The notes under the pieces were generated by a model that was given only the letters and a program-made list of their open reading frames with translations, made no database searches and was not told where the DNA came from. A DNA stretch of 64,000 nt from Mobula hypostoma (lineage: Eukaryota), in contig NC_086108.1 of NCBI RefSeq assembly GCF_963921235.1, positions 100,132,001 to 100,196,000 of the forward strand, given 5' to 3'. Shown here piece by piece: positions 1 to 12,259 of this stretch. A program made the position numbers and the translations under genes. How positions within the stretch are numbered: the first letter of the stretch is position 1; each line of letters starts with the position of its first letter.

Positions 1-24
1 TTAGACAAAAGAGTACAATGTATT

Positions 25-320
25 CTGTGGTGTAGCAGTTAGCGCAGTCACTTTACAGCACCAGCAGGGTTTGATTCCCGACGTATCGGTAAGGATAGTT
101 CTCCCTGCAACTGCCTGGGTTTTCTCACACTTTCCAAAGACATACGGTTAGCGTTAGTGCATTGTGTGGATGCTACGTTGGCACCAGCGGTATGGCAACA
201 CTTGCAGACTGTCCCCAGCACAACCCTCTGAATGTGTTGGTCATTGTCGCAAAAAAAAGAAGCATTTCACTCTATGCTTCGATGTTTCGATGCACATATG
301 ACAAACAAATCTTCAAAATC
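25..320 (+). mobile_element. tRNA-derived SINE whose 3' tail is shared with the VNTR-bearing elements
   Basis: A-box-like GTGGTGTAGCAGTTAG, B-box-like GGTTTGATTCCC. The tail (ACACTTGCAGACTGTCCCCAGCAC...CATTTCACT...ACAAATCTTCAAAATC) recurs at ~12830, ~31520 (-), ~54900 and ~57920. Confidence 0.7.
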
Positions 321-1148
321 TTTAAGTGATACATACTGAGAGCTGCAATGCACTGGCAATGAAGGGAGCGATAAAGGAGGCAGACAGATCCCCAGTCGTG
401 GGAGCAGATTTATCTGAGATGATGCTGAGATACTTGAGTGTTGATGAAGCTGCACTTATTCAGACAGATGCTATTGACCAAAAGTGAACTCTCCCCAGCC
501 CTTCACAACCCCTTTGGATAAGAGCAATTTTTAGTTTGTTCCCAGTGATTCCCTCTCCTATGACGTATTCCCAATTTCATGCACAGCATCGGGAAGAGGA
601 ATGGAGTGAAGTGTGCCTGAAAAGAGCTGGGGATTTTTTAATATCCAGCCAAACCTTCAGACTAAGTTTGAGTTCAATGTCTCACTGGGAGTAAATGTTT
701 CAGCAGTTGTAAAGATGACTGCCCAGATCAGAAGGCCTTGGATTCATTGAATTGGTAATTAGTTCACTAGTGAAACGATTACATTGAAAAGCTTTGTCTC
801 TCGTGCCATCCATACAGTTCATTTCATCATATCAGAACATCAAGGTAGGAAAAGGGAAAAGCAAAAACAAAATGGAGAATAAAGTGTTACAGTTGTAGAG
901 AAAGTGCAACACAGGCAGACAATGGGGTGCAAGACTATAACGACGTAGATTAAGAGGTCAGGAGTCCATCTTATTGTACAACAGGTCTCTTTGAGAATTG
1001 TTATGGTGGGGTAGAAGCTGTCCTTGAGCCGATTGGTATGAAGCCTGGTAGCTCTGGCATTCATACTGATCAGTATTTCTCCAATGTCAGCAAATCACTT
1101 TGGAATAAACATCAACAGAAATATATAAAACTATTAAAGGGAGCTCTG

Positions 1149-1720
1149 TAAGACAAGAAGACATAGAAGTAGAATTAGGCCATGCATCCCATCAAGTCTG
1201 CTCCACCATTCCATCATGGCTGATTTATTATCCCTTCTCAACCATATTCTCCTATCTTCTCTCTGATGGCCCTACTAATCAAAAACCTATCAACCACCAT
1301 TTTAATTATATCCAATGATGGCCTCTACAGCTGTATCAGGCAATGAATTCCAAAGATTCACCACCATTTGGCTGAATAAGTTCCTCCTCAACTCTTTTCT
1401 AAAAGAACATCTATTTTGAGGCCATGTCCCTTGGTCCTAGTCTCTCCCACTATTGGAAACATCCTCCCCACATCCTCTCTATCTAGGCCTTTCATTATTC
1501 AATAGGCTTCAGTGAGACTGCCCTCGTTCTTCTAAAACCCAGCAGGTACTGACCTAGAGGGATCAAAAGTTCCTCAAGCATTAAGTCTTTCATTTCTGGG
1601 ATCATTCACATGAATCTCCTCTGGACCCTTTCCAATGCCAGCATCGTTTCTCAGATCAGGAGCCCAAAACTGCTCACAATACCCTAAATGCCACATGTCA
1701 ATAGCTTACAACGACTCGTA
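1149..1720 (-). mobile_element. CR1 LINE 3' fragment
   Basis: TAAGACAAGAAGACATAGAAGTAGAATTAGGCC tail and decayed RT C-terminus, alignable by eye to the CR1 at 62671-64000. Confidence 0.85.
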
Positions 1721-2345
1721 ATAACATGAAAACCGATGATGTCGAGAGCTTAAGGCTCTTTGTCCAGCGAAATTCTCCCACTAAAAGGGCCCCTTGAAAT
1801 TCCATCCCTTAATATCTCAGCCTCTCCAACTCCCTTTCCTTCTGAAGAATCTGATATTATATTAACAATGAACAATGACACTGAAACAATCTACAATAAC
1901 TTGGACAGGTGTGTTGTGCAAAACATTTAGAGGAATGTGGGCCAAGCACAAACAAACAGGTGGTGACCAGTATGGACAAGTTTAGGTCAAATGGGTGACT
2001 TGCCCAGCAAGGAAGAGTCTAGCTCAAATGGTTGACTTGACCGGCATGGACGAGTTGGACCAAAGGCCTGTTTCTGTGGTATATGATTCCATGACCCTGA
2101 AAGCATTTTGTGCCGTGCATCACAGCTCCAGTGACCACCTACCTTCAGCTGGAGCCTCCAGTTTCACCCAATGACATGTGGATTAGTGGATTAATTGTCC
2201 CTAGCTGGGTAGCAGGGGATTTAGAGGGAAAGTAATGGGCATTCAAGTGAGAATAAGTTACAAGGAATGGGATTCATGTGATTGCACTCAGATCTCACGT
2301 AGAACTGATGGGGTGAATTGCCATTTGTGTTCACTCTCTCAACTA

Positions 2346-2581
2346 CACGCAGTGGTCTCTTTATTCGGTACAACTGTACACCTGCTCGTCATTGCAAATA
2401 TCTAGTCAGCCAATCACTCAAATAAACATCCATTACAACAGTTGTAAGCAGAGAGCATCCCTGAATGCACAACTTGCCAAACCTTGAAGTGGGTGGGCTA
2501 CAACTGCAGAAGACCACAAACATCCACCCACTGGCCACTTTATTAGGTACGGGAGGTGCCTCATGAAGTGATCACTGAGTG
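2346..2581 (+). mobile_element. Tc1-type non-autonomous DNA transposon
   Basis: Left TA-CACGCAGTGGTCTCTTTATTCGGTAC; right GTGCCTCATGAAGTGATCACTGAGTG is an imperfect inverted repeat. Internal sequence shared with 8719-9219. Confidence 0.7.
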
Positions 2582-4061
2582 GAGATTTGAAGATGACATT
2601 TGACCCAGGCACACTTTGCCATGTTAAGGCTGCTGTAAAAATGTGTGATACTGGTGTGTAAATCTGGGCTTGCGATTCACTTTAAATAAACCATAAGTAT
2701 TCTTTGTCAGTAATCTATTGTTGATTCCTACTGCAGGGGTATCCTCTACCCCGTAAGGAACAGGGCCCTGATCAGAGCCATAGAGATCCCTGGACTAAAC
2801 AGAAAGGTAGAAGTGGGCAATGTCATTTTGTATTCATGACTTGCAATCACAATTAACCTCCACAACAGCAGATGCTCTTCACAAATTTATTTCCCACTAT
2901 GCTTTGCTGAATGACATTTGGACTGAACATATGGAGGTGCATTTGGAAAGAGTCACCAAAGAAAGCACATCAGCTCTTTATAATAGACAGCAGCAACCAG
3001 ACCCAGAGAAATACCAGAATGGTATAATTGTGAGATATGCCAGGACTGATTTGATGATCGCAGCCAATGTGAATGCGTCCAGTTCCTTACAGATGCATCA
3101 TTGTGAAGTGGTTGGGGAGAAGACACCCAGCATCAGGAATCAGCAACAGATTATTTAATTTGCTGAACCCAGTATCCAGGGGCCTGAACTTCATAATCTA
3201 CGTTTGGGAGTTTAAATCCCACCTCAGCAGTCAGTAATACAAACAACTTAATAAATCTGAAGTTTCAAGCTAGTTTCAATTTCTATTACTCTACAAAATT
3301 TCTTAAAATCCACTGTCCTTTAAGGAGCTGAATCAGAGGTATTGGTGGGGCCTGGATTTCACAGCCTGAAAGGGTGGTAGAGGCAAAGATCCTTATCTCA
3401 TTTCAAAGTGGATGGATTGATCCTTTTAAGGACTCTACAACTCATGTTCTCAGTATTTATTTACTCATTTTTTTTATTTTTTGTGTGTTTGTACAGTTTT
3501 TCTTTTGCACATTGAATTGTATGTCAGTCTTTGTGCGTGGTTCTTCATTAATTCTGTTGTATTTCTTTGTTCTACTGTAAATGCTCACAAGAAAATGAAT
3601 CTCAAGGTAGCATATAGTGACTGTATGTAATTTGATAATAAATTCATATTTAACTTTTGAACTTTGAACTATGACCTGCAGGGTTATATCTCAGGTGCTG
3701 GGAGCTGGGAGAGCAATCTGTATGGACGTGATAGGCCAGATCACCTTTTTCTGCACTCTAGACTCTCTCTGATTCTATGACAATGTGATCTTTTATCCAG
3801 TCCAGCCTTACGTTACTCCAGTCTCAGCAGTGTGTCGAAAACTTACGTGTAAATGGATGCTTGATGGTCAGCACGGACTCAGTGAGGTGAAGGGCCTATT
3901 TCTGCAAAGTTTACCTCGCAGACTCCATTTCCTCATCAGCGCAGGGTAGTTAGAGGGGGACCATAAATACCAACACTGCCAGTGATGCCCACGTTCCATG
4001 AATGAGCAATTAAAACTCTTGTGTTTCTGAAGCTGACTTGATCCACTTAGCACAACATGGG

Positions 4062-4345
4062 ATGGCATGGTGGCAGAGTCGTTAGCACAATGCTTTACAG
4101 CACCAGCAACCCATGTTCAGTTCCCTCCGCTGCCTGTACGTAGCTTGTACATTCTCCCTGTGAATGCATGGGTTTCCTCTGGGTGCCCCGTTTCCTCTCT
4201 CAATCCAAAGATGTATTGTTTGGAAGGTTAATTGGTTGTTGTAAATTGTCCCATAATTAGGCTAGGATTAAATCAGGGGATTGCTGAACAGTGTGGCTCG
4301 AAAGGCCAGAAAGACCCATTCCATGCTGTATCTCAATAAATAAAT
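4062..4345 (+). mobile_element. tRNA-derived SINE
   Basis: GGCATGGTGGCAGAGTCGTTAGC A-box, GTTCAGTTCC B-box, (AATA)n end. Relatives at 15400-15625 (-), 17995-18275 (-), 26485-26790 (+). Confidence 0.75.
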
Positions 4346-6224
4346 TAATAAGCATTGTCTTCAATGATGCAACTACCCCCAGTGTCAGGACGCATTGAGG
4401 TGGCATCGTTCCCCATCCAACATCTCTCTGGGAGATTTGTGAACAACATGTGACACACACCCTGAGACAACTTAATCTTCCCCTTAGAGTTCCAAATTGA
4501 GACCTTTAGAAAATGTCCCTTTCAACCTCTTCATCACCACACCCCAACCACGAACACCCTCCCCCAACTTCTGATCTCAGAACTCAATCTCCTGATCCCG
4601 CAACCAATTAGAGAGTTTGATCTCCAGATCTCCCTGAATCCCAGCATTACATCACAAAACTCAGCTCTCTCCACCTGTCTCAGATCACAGTACGTGAGCC
4701 ACAGGATGGGGGTGGTGGAGCCAATGGTCACCGGCCAGTCTAACCCAGCACTGTAACTGAACTCAGCCTGGAATCAGACAACAGGTAGCAAGTATTGTAG
4801 TTGGAATGTTGGGTAGGTTGCTTTGTCTAAAAACTGGAATTAAAATGATCTCCTTTTAATCAGCATTGTTGATTAAATTATACAAGGAGAGGCTGGACAG
4901 AGTCAGGTCATTTTCTCTGAAATGATGAGGGCTGAGAGGAAACCTAATGGATATTTATTTAATTGTGAAAGGGCAAAGAGCCAGTATCTTCCCCCCCCCC
5001 CCCAATCAAAATGTCTAATACTGGACGCCATGTATTTAAGGTGAGGGAAGGAAGGCTGGAAGGAGTTGTGTGTGGAGAGTTTGTTTTTACACATGGAATG
5101 GTGGGAGCCTGGAACTCCTGCTTAGGGAGATGGTAGAGACAGATATGACAGCAATGTTTGAGATGCTCTTCAATAGGAATGTGGATAGGAAGGGATACAG
5201 ACCATGTGTTAGCAGAAGGGATTTCTCTAATTCAGTGTCATTCACTTGAGCAATGCAGTACAACTGTGTGGGCTGAAGGTCCTGTTTCTCTGCTGTGTTC
5301 TATGTTTTATGTTGAAACACACTGACCTTTTGGTCCCAGTGACTTGTCTCATAGTCATAAAGTCATTGAACACTACAGCACAGAAACAGGCCCATCTAAT
5401 CCATGACAAACTATTAATCAGCCTAGTCCCATCAACCTGCACCCTAACCTCCTCTGAGAGTAATCTAACCCTTCCCTCCTACATAACCCTATCATTCATT
5501 TGCCTGTCTAATAGTACCTTCAATGCCCCTAAAGAATCTGCCTCTAACACCAGCCCTGACAGGGCACTAGACACAACCACCACTCTGCGGATGAAAAACT
5601 TACCTCTGATATCCCCCCTATACTTTCCTCTAATCACCTTAAAATTATGTCCCCACTTTTTAGCAATTTTTGCCCTGTCCACTCTCTCAATGAAAAAAAT
5701 TGTACTTCAAGACTGGTTGCACTTAGAAAAGCAAACGGATAATCTGCTTTAGCAGGAAATCAGGAAATTATGATCCCAGAACACAATGCTCTTTATTCTA
5801 ATCATAGTGCAGTTATGCTGTCATTATGTGACAGCCCTCACAAAGTGCCTTTGATCAGAATGTTGGAAAGGGCAGAGAACAGGCACCTCTGGCCATCTTT
5901 CTGAATATTTATTCCCTGTACAGCTGAATGGCTTGGAGGGCGCAAAAGCAGGACCACCTTCCCTCCCAGTAAAGGAAATCCAGGAAGCTGGCAGGGAAAA
6001 AAAAATTTTGGACACTACCCAGCCAACAAAAAACCTTTTCCAAAAGGTCCCTTCCGGAAAGTAGTGTATAGGGCCATTAAAACAAAAATCTTCACCCCAA
6101 CCTTAAAATTTTCTCTCCCCTCCCCAGGTAGTTAACTTGATTGACCATTCTAGTTTGCCCCCAACCCCCTCATCTATTATCTCAGACTGCAATGGACTGT
6201 AAACACTTTTAAAACACCCACTTT

Positions 6225-7200
6225 TCAAAGTTCAAAGTAAATTGATTATCGAAGTACATATTTGTCACCATATAAAAAGTAAAGGCATCCATTAGTCTTG
6301 CGAGACCATGGATCTGCGCCTGGAAAGTCTTCACTCTCCAGGGCGCAGGCCTGGGCAAGGTTGTATGGAAGACCAGCAGTTGCCCATGCTGCAAGTCTCC
6401 CCTCTCCATGACACTGATGTTGTCCAAGGGAAGGGCATTAGGACCCATACAGCTTGGCACCACTGTCGTCACAGAGCAATGTGTGGTTAAGTGCCTTGCT
6501 CAAGGACACAACACACTGCCTCGGCTGGGGCTCGAACTCACGACCTTCAGGTCGCTAGTCCAATGCCTTAACCACTTGGCCACGTGCCCACACTATACAC
6601 CATATACAACCCTGATATCCGTTTTCTTGCAGGCATGCTCAGTAAATCCTTGAGTCATAAAAGTACGAATCGCAGACCACACACAACAGGGCAAACTAAC
6701 AACCAACGTGGAGAAGACAACAAACTGAGCAAATACAAAAGAAAAAAAAATAATTATTATAAATAGATAAATAAGCAATCAATATTGAAAACATGAGATG
6801 AAGAGTCCTTGAGTCTATAGGTTGTGGGAACAGTTCAGTGATGGTGCAAGTAAAGTTGAGTGAAGTTATCCGCTCTGGTTCCAGAGCCTAATGGTTGAGG
6901 GGTAATAACTATTCCTGAACTTGGTGGTGTGAGTCTTGAGGCTCCTGTACTTTCTCCCTGATGGCAGCAGTGAGAAGAGAGTATGGCCTAGGTGGTGGTG
7001 GTCCTTGTTAATGCACACTGCTTTACTGTGACAGCACTCCATGTAGATATGCTCAGTGGTGGGAAGAGTATGGACTGGGACTGGACTGTAATGGACTGGG
7101 CTGCATCCACTACCATTTGTCGGATTCTCTGTTCAAGGGCATTGATGTTTGCATACCATGCTGTGCTGCAGCCAGTCAATATATTCTCACCACACGTCTA
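6225..7200 (-). mobile_element. Rex1-like non-LTR retrotransposon 3' portion, interrupted by a SINE
   Basis: TTCAAAGTTCAAAGT tail. ORF remnant TGCSTAWYANINALEQRIRQMVVDAAQSIT matches the C-terminal region of the element at 58340-59785. Confidence 0.75.
6281..6590 (-). mobile_element. Young SINE: tRNA head + CORE-like segment + RTE-type tail (copy 1 of 3)
   Basis: Minus strand GTGGCCAAGTGGTTAAGGC...GAGTTCGAGCCCC (A/B boxes) and TGTGTCCTTGAGCAAGGCACTTAACC. CACCATATA duplicated on both sides. Near-identical to 33197-33502 and 45382-45691. Confidence 0.9.
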
Positions 7201-7529
7201 CAGAATAAAGCTATTTACATTGCAAATACATGCTGGCATTTATGTAATTATGCACATTTTATTCCATATCTGTGCTTCTAACTTACTTTTATATAATTCT
7301 ATATTCAATCAAATTGGTGAACGTTGGCGGTTTTGTTGCATGTCGCACCAACAGACAAACAATTCCCTAATACTTTCCTAATATATGGCAAATGAAGTTG
7401 ATCTTGTTGATCCTAAAATCTCTTCTGAGTGTTCTTTAAGAGGACAGACCCCTGTCAGTGGAGCAGCTGCAAATAGTAGTCCAAATAGAATTGGTGGAAG
7501 GATTAGAGGGGAGATAAGAGAATGTTAAT

Positions 7530-7920
7530 AGCACAGCTGTGCAACAAGTAGGGCCACCAACTCATAGTGTCAGAGACCGGGGTTCAATCCTGATGCTGGG
7601 TACTGTCAGTGTGGAGTTTGCACGTTCTCCCTGTGGCTGCGTGGGTTTCCTCTGGGTGCTCCAGTTTCTTCCCACATCCTAAGGTGTACTGGATAGATTA
7701 AATTAGACTAGTTAAAATTAGTTCATTGTCATAGGTGAGTAGGTTAAAGGACCACTGCAAGATGTCACTAGTGTGTGAGTGAGTAACAGAATCTGGGGGT
7801 TCTTGGGAGAATGTGGGAAGAATAGAAAACTATAGAATTATTGTAGGATTATTGTAAATGCTTGTCTGGTAGTCAGCATGAGCTCAGTGGGTCAAGTTTC
7901 TGTCTATGACTATGACTCTC
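7530..7920 (+). mobile_element. tRNA-derived SINE with CR1-like tail
   Basis: GGGTTCAATCC B-box, body GTGGAGTTTGCACGTTCTCCCTGTG...GGGTTTCCTCTGGGTGCTCC, end CTATGACTATGACT. Relative at 55160-55480. Confidence 0.7.
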
Positions 7921-8718
7921 AGTAAATGGTAGTGATCAGGAATGATTCAAGGGATAGATTATTGAAATAGAGGCATTTAAAAAATAACAGGGTGAGCATT
8001 CAAAAACCATAACCTGCAGGGCTATGGACCAAGGTCTGAGGACTAGGATCAGCCTAAACCCCCTTTGGATACCAGGTCAAACCAGACTGAATGTCTTCCT
8101 TCTGTGTCGTTAGCTTCAATAAAAACTTTCTCCTACTTCTGAAATTCTTGTTCCTCCATCCTTGGGAGTTGCTGTCCCTTGGAATACTCTTCTCTCTGGG
8201 AGTCCATAACTGTAGCCGTTCACTTTACAATTTCAGGATAACTCACACCATTCACACCCCTCCTTGTATCAGTAGCGCAGCAGAAGAAACTGCGAGTGGT
8301 TTCAAACTCCTGAGAGTGCACATCTCACACAGCCTCTCATGGTCCCAGAACACCTCCGACACAATTAGGAAAGCTCACTAATGCCTCTACTGTCTAAGGA
8401 GGATGAAAAGAACTGGACAATGCCCATCTATACTCATGGATGGGAGAGGTCTGGAGGGTTATGGGCTGGGTGCAGGTCAATGGGACTAGCAGAATAAAGT
8501 TTGGGCACAGACTAGAAGGGCCGAATGGCCTGTTTTCTATGCTGTAGTGTTCTATGGTTCTAACGGGTCAAGGTGCCCCCTCATATTAGACACTCCCTCC
8601 ATGGGGAAAATACCTATGGCTATCCATTCAATCTATGCTCTTATCCTCTTGGTCACCTCTATCAAGTCACCTTTCATCCTTCTTTGCTCAGAAAAATCAA
8701 TAAATTTCACAACATATC

Positions 8719-9219
8719 ATCAGTGACCACCTTATTAGGTTCGCCTGCAAAATTGCTTGTTAATGAAACTATCTAATCAGCCAATCATGAGGTTGCAACT
8801 TAGTGGATAAAAACATGCAGACATGGTGAAGAGGTTCAGTTGTGGTTCAGCCAAAACATCAGAATGGGGAAGAGCGGTGAACTAAATGACTTTGACTGCG
8901 GACTGGTTGTTGGTGCTAGACAGGGTGTTTGAGTATCTCAGAAAATACTGAATTTCACATTCAACAGTCTCCAGAGTTTACAGGGAATGGTGCAAAAAAC
9001 AAGAAAGCATTCAGTGAGTGGTAGTTCTTGTCAAAAACGCCTTGTTGACGAGAGAGGTCAGAAGAGAATAACCAGACTGATTCAAATTGACAGTAACGCA
9101 AATAACCACGTGTTACAACAGTGGTGCGCAGAAGTGCATCTCTGAATGCACAACACATCAAGCCTGGAAGTGGATGGGCTACAGCAACAGAAAACCATGA
9201 ACATATAGTCAGTGGCCAC
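8719..9219 (+). mobile_element. Tc1 transposon remnant with degenerate transposase N-terminus
   Basis: TIR-like TCAGTGACCACCTTATTAGGT. From ATG at ~8864 it reads MGKSGELNDFDCGLVVGARQG, a Tc1-type HTH start, then frameshifts. Confidence 0.75.
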
Positions 9220-9604
9220 TGTGTTTATGTCAGCGATAACGATCCCAACTCTAATCCTGATTTTGATTCTGCAACAAGTATAAGACTGTACAACAACCCA
9301 ACAGGAAGAGACACCACAAGGAAGCGAGATTGAGAGAGCTGACTCAGGATCTTCCCACAAACAGTTAATAAGCGCTTTACCGCGTAACCCGCAGCTACAG
9401 TAAAGAGCATTACAGCAGCAGAATTCACTCAATAGCCCAGCACTTTGTAAAATATGATAACTGCAAGTTAGTTAATTTTTATAGTGGCTGTAATTTGGTA
9501 GAACACATGTTTTATAATCTTTGTGCCATACGTAAACGAGTGTTTGCAACCCATTGAATGGTCTCATTAAGTGAAGGCATGTGTGTGTTTGTGCTTTATT
9601 TCAG

Positions 9605-9631
9605 GCTGCTACTCCACTGCTGCTCCAGCAG
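9605..9631 (+). other. Candidate 27-nt microexon, or start of a longer or terminal exon, of an unidentified host gene
   Basis: Acceptor TGTGTTTGTGCTTTATTTCAG|, 27 nt open in all three frames, CAG|GTACAG donor. Lies in a ~1.8-kb block with no recognisable repeats. No protein recognised. Confidence 0.35.
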
Positions 9632-11134
9632 GTACAGCAGAGCCAAGATATCCTCGTTCTCTGTCATGGGGAGGAGTCTGGAGGAAGGGGACAGAGGTGC
9701 GGACGTTCTGTCACGGCCTGGTCAGAATCCACCAGCAACGGCATCCAGCAGAGTGGAGACGGGCAAGAGCCTCGGCTTGATCTTGTACGTCTGAGCCAAA
9801 CGTCTGGGGCAGGGCTAGGAGCCAAAGATACTTGGCCAACGACACCTGCCTCAGAAGGAAACAGACGGACTCTTGGTGACTCCATTGGCTTTTGAGTTTG
9901 GGGAGAGGACTAGCTGCTCTCTCCATGTTGAGGAGAGAGGGGCACTATAGGATGTGGGGGGTGTAGTAGCTGTACAGGGGACGGACTGGATAGACAAGGC
10001 TTGAATCCATACAGTTCACCAGCTGCAGTGTTTTCAACGGAAAACAAATATCGCGGGGGGGGGAATAAAAAACGTATTGGAGGACAAGAAATTTGCAGCT
10101 GCACAAGACTTGTTGGGCAGCCACTTAAGAGAAATCGGTAAACCTGCCCAAACCTGCTCACCTGTATATGCAGTGTAATTATCATTGAAAAGGCCAGAGG
10201 AAATGCTGAAGGGCAAAATTGCAATAACACAAGAAAGCAGGCACTGCTAAACTCAAGTTAAGTTGTCCTGCACTTATAGGCCTGGCCAGGTTTTACAGTA
10301 AGTCTCTCTGTTAACTGTTTCTTCACTTCCGAAAAGTATATTAGCACGTTTGCACTCCAGTAGCCTATAAACTGTACCAAGGCAGTGTGGCTGTGACTAA
10401 TTCTTATGAATGCACTTTTTTGTTAAAAGATATGTTTGTTACTTTTTAAACTTATAAGTAGCAAGAGAAAAGCACTTTTCTCAGTGACAAGGACTGTTCC
10501 TTCCTGCCAAATCTATGCTCACACTACATAAAGGGTTAAAAGGAGAATATATTTCGTGCTGGTTTAATTTTTTTTCCTCTCTCTTCGCATGTGGAAAGCA
10601 AGAGGTTGTGCATTTGCAGCAAGATAGCCCTGCATGCCAGATGGGCATTTACATGTCTGTATGAGTGGTTGGATTATTTCATTTCCTGCGCAGGGGCCTC
10701 CAAATGCTTGCACTGAATGCCACTAGCAAAGCAGAGAGAAGCAGCGAGGGAAGCTTGCTAAAGCAATGACTCGAGCTAATCGGGGTTAGACTGCAGGAAG
10801 GGAAGCCACAAGTGCCTTCCTAATGACTCTCACGACAGTAGAGGATATATATTTTCCATCCCATATATCTCAGTAATTGGTGTACACTTCAGTTAACCTT
10901 TATTGCTGGTTTAATACTTGCACATGATAAGGACTTTGCATCAAATGATTGCAAGATTCTTAATGAGAATATTGGTAAATTTGTTTCCTTTCTCAAAATA
11001 AAGGCAATCCACTAAGGATTTTAGATGGGCCTATTAATTTAACCAAGTGCTTGAGGAACCCTTATAGACAGCTATAGGAAGCTTTAAACAGTCGGGATAT
11101 TTCTCTTAAATGCTAAAGGAATGAAATTAAGGTG

Positions 11135-11700
11135 ACGGGGGAAAGCTTGGAGCATCGTGAGCAGGTTCCGGCCTCTTATCTAAGAAAGGATGTGCGGCCT
11201 TGGAAAGGGTCCAGAGGAACTTTACATGAATGATCCCTAGAATGAAAAAGTTAATGTATGAATAGTGTTTGATAGCTCTGGAGTTTAGAAGAATGAGGGG
11301 GGACTTCACTGAAACCTATCAAATATCGAAGGCCTAGATAGAGTTGAAATGGAGAGACTATTTCTTATAGTGAGGGAGTCTAGGACCAGAGGACAGAGTC
11401 TCAGAACAGAAGGACACCCCCTAGAACAAAATGAGGAGGAATGTCTCTAGACAGTGGATGTGGAACTCATTGCTACATATGGCTATGGAGTCCACACCAG
11501 TGGGTATATTTAAAGCAGAGGTTGCTAGGTTCTTGTTTAGGGTGCCAAAGGGAATGTGGAGAAGGCAGAAGAATGGGTTGAGAGGGATAATAAATTAGCC
11601 ATGATGGAATGGTAGAGAAGACTCACCGGGTCAAATGATTTAATTCTGCTCCACACATCAAAGTTGCTGGCTCCTATGTCTTAAGGTCCTACAGTCTTAT
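11135..11700 (+). mobile_element. CR1 LINE 3' fragment
   Basis: Decayed RT C-terminus (GAGTTTAGAAGAATGAGGGGGGA...) and AATTCTGCTCC...TATGTCTTA tail. Confidence 0.85.
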
Positions 11701-12131
11701 ATTTACCTCCACGTCACCTCAGGCAGCGTATTACGGAAACCTACCGTACTTCGTGTAATAAAATGTGCCCCGCACATCTACCTTGAACTTACCCCTCCCA
11801 CTTTACATGCATGCCCTCTGGTATTAGACATTTCATTCGTGGGAAAGAGATTGCCAGTCTACTCTGTCGATGCCTCTCATGACCCTACAAACTACTAACG
11901 GGTCTCCCCTCGTCCTCCACTGCTCCAGAGAAAGCCACCCAAGTTTGTCCAACTGCTTCTTATAGCACATGCCCTCTTTAGGATCATGGTATCCTGTATA
12001 ATATCAGTTCGCATTTGGGTCATGTAACGAGGTTTGTATGTGGAAGTATGTTGAAACTTTGTTTCAAGATGGCTCTGAGCTGTGACATTCATCATTGTTG
12101 TGGCTCAGAATTTGTTGTTGCTTTTAGAATC

Positions 12132-12203
12132 TAACCTGGGGTCCATGGACTCCTTGCTTAAAGGTATTGGTCCATGGCATAAAAAAAGGTTGGGAACCCC
12201 TGC
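12132..12203. mobile_element. Short hAT-type MITE, one end truncated
   Basis: Ends GGTTGGGAACCCCTG. Reverse complement of the complete copy at 61652-61731. Confidence 0.65.
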
Positions 12204-12259
12204 TTTAGATTCATATGAATGGTTTTGGGTGCAGTGCAGGGAATTAGGGGCCAGGTGAG

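Noticed and set aside
2820..3158. 112-aa ORF in apparently unique sequence
   Set aside because: No recognisable domain and no convincing splice signals. The length is plausible by chance.
5246..5752. 168-aa ORF
   Set aside because: Antisense read-through of a decayed CR1 fragment with a non-ATG start.
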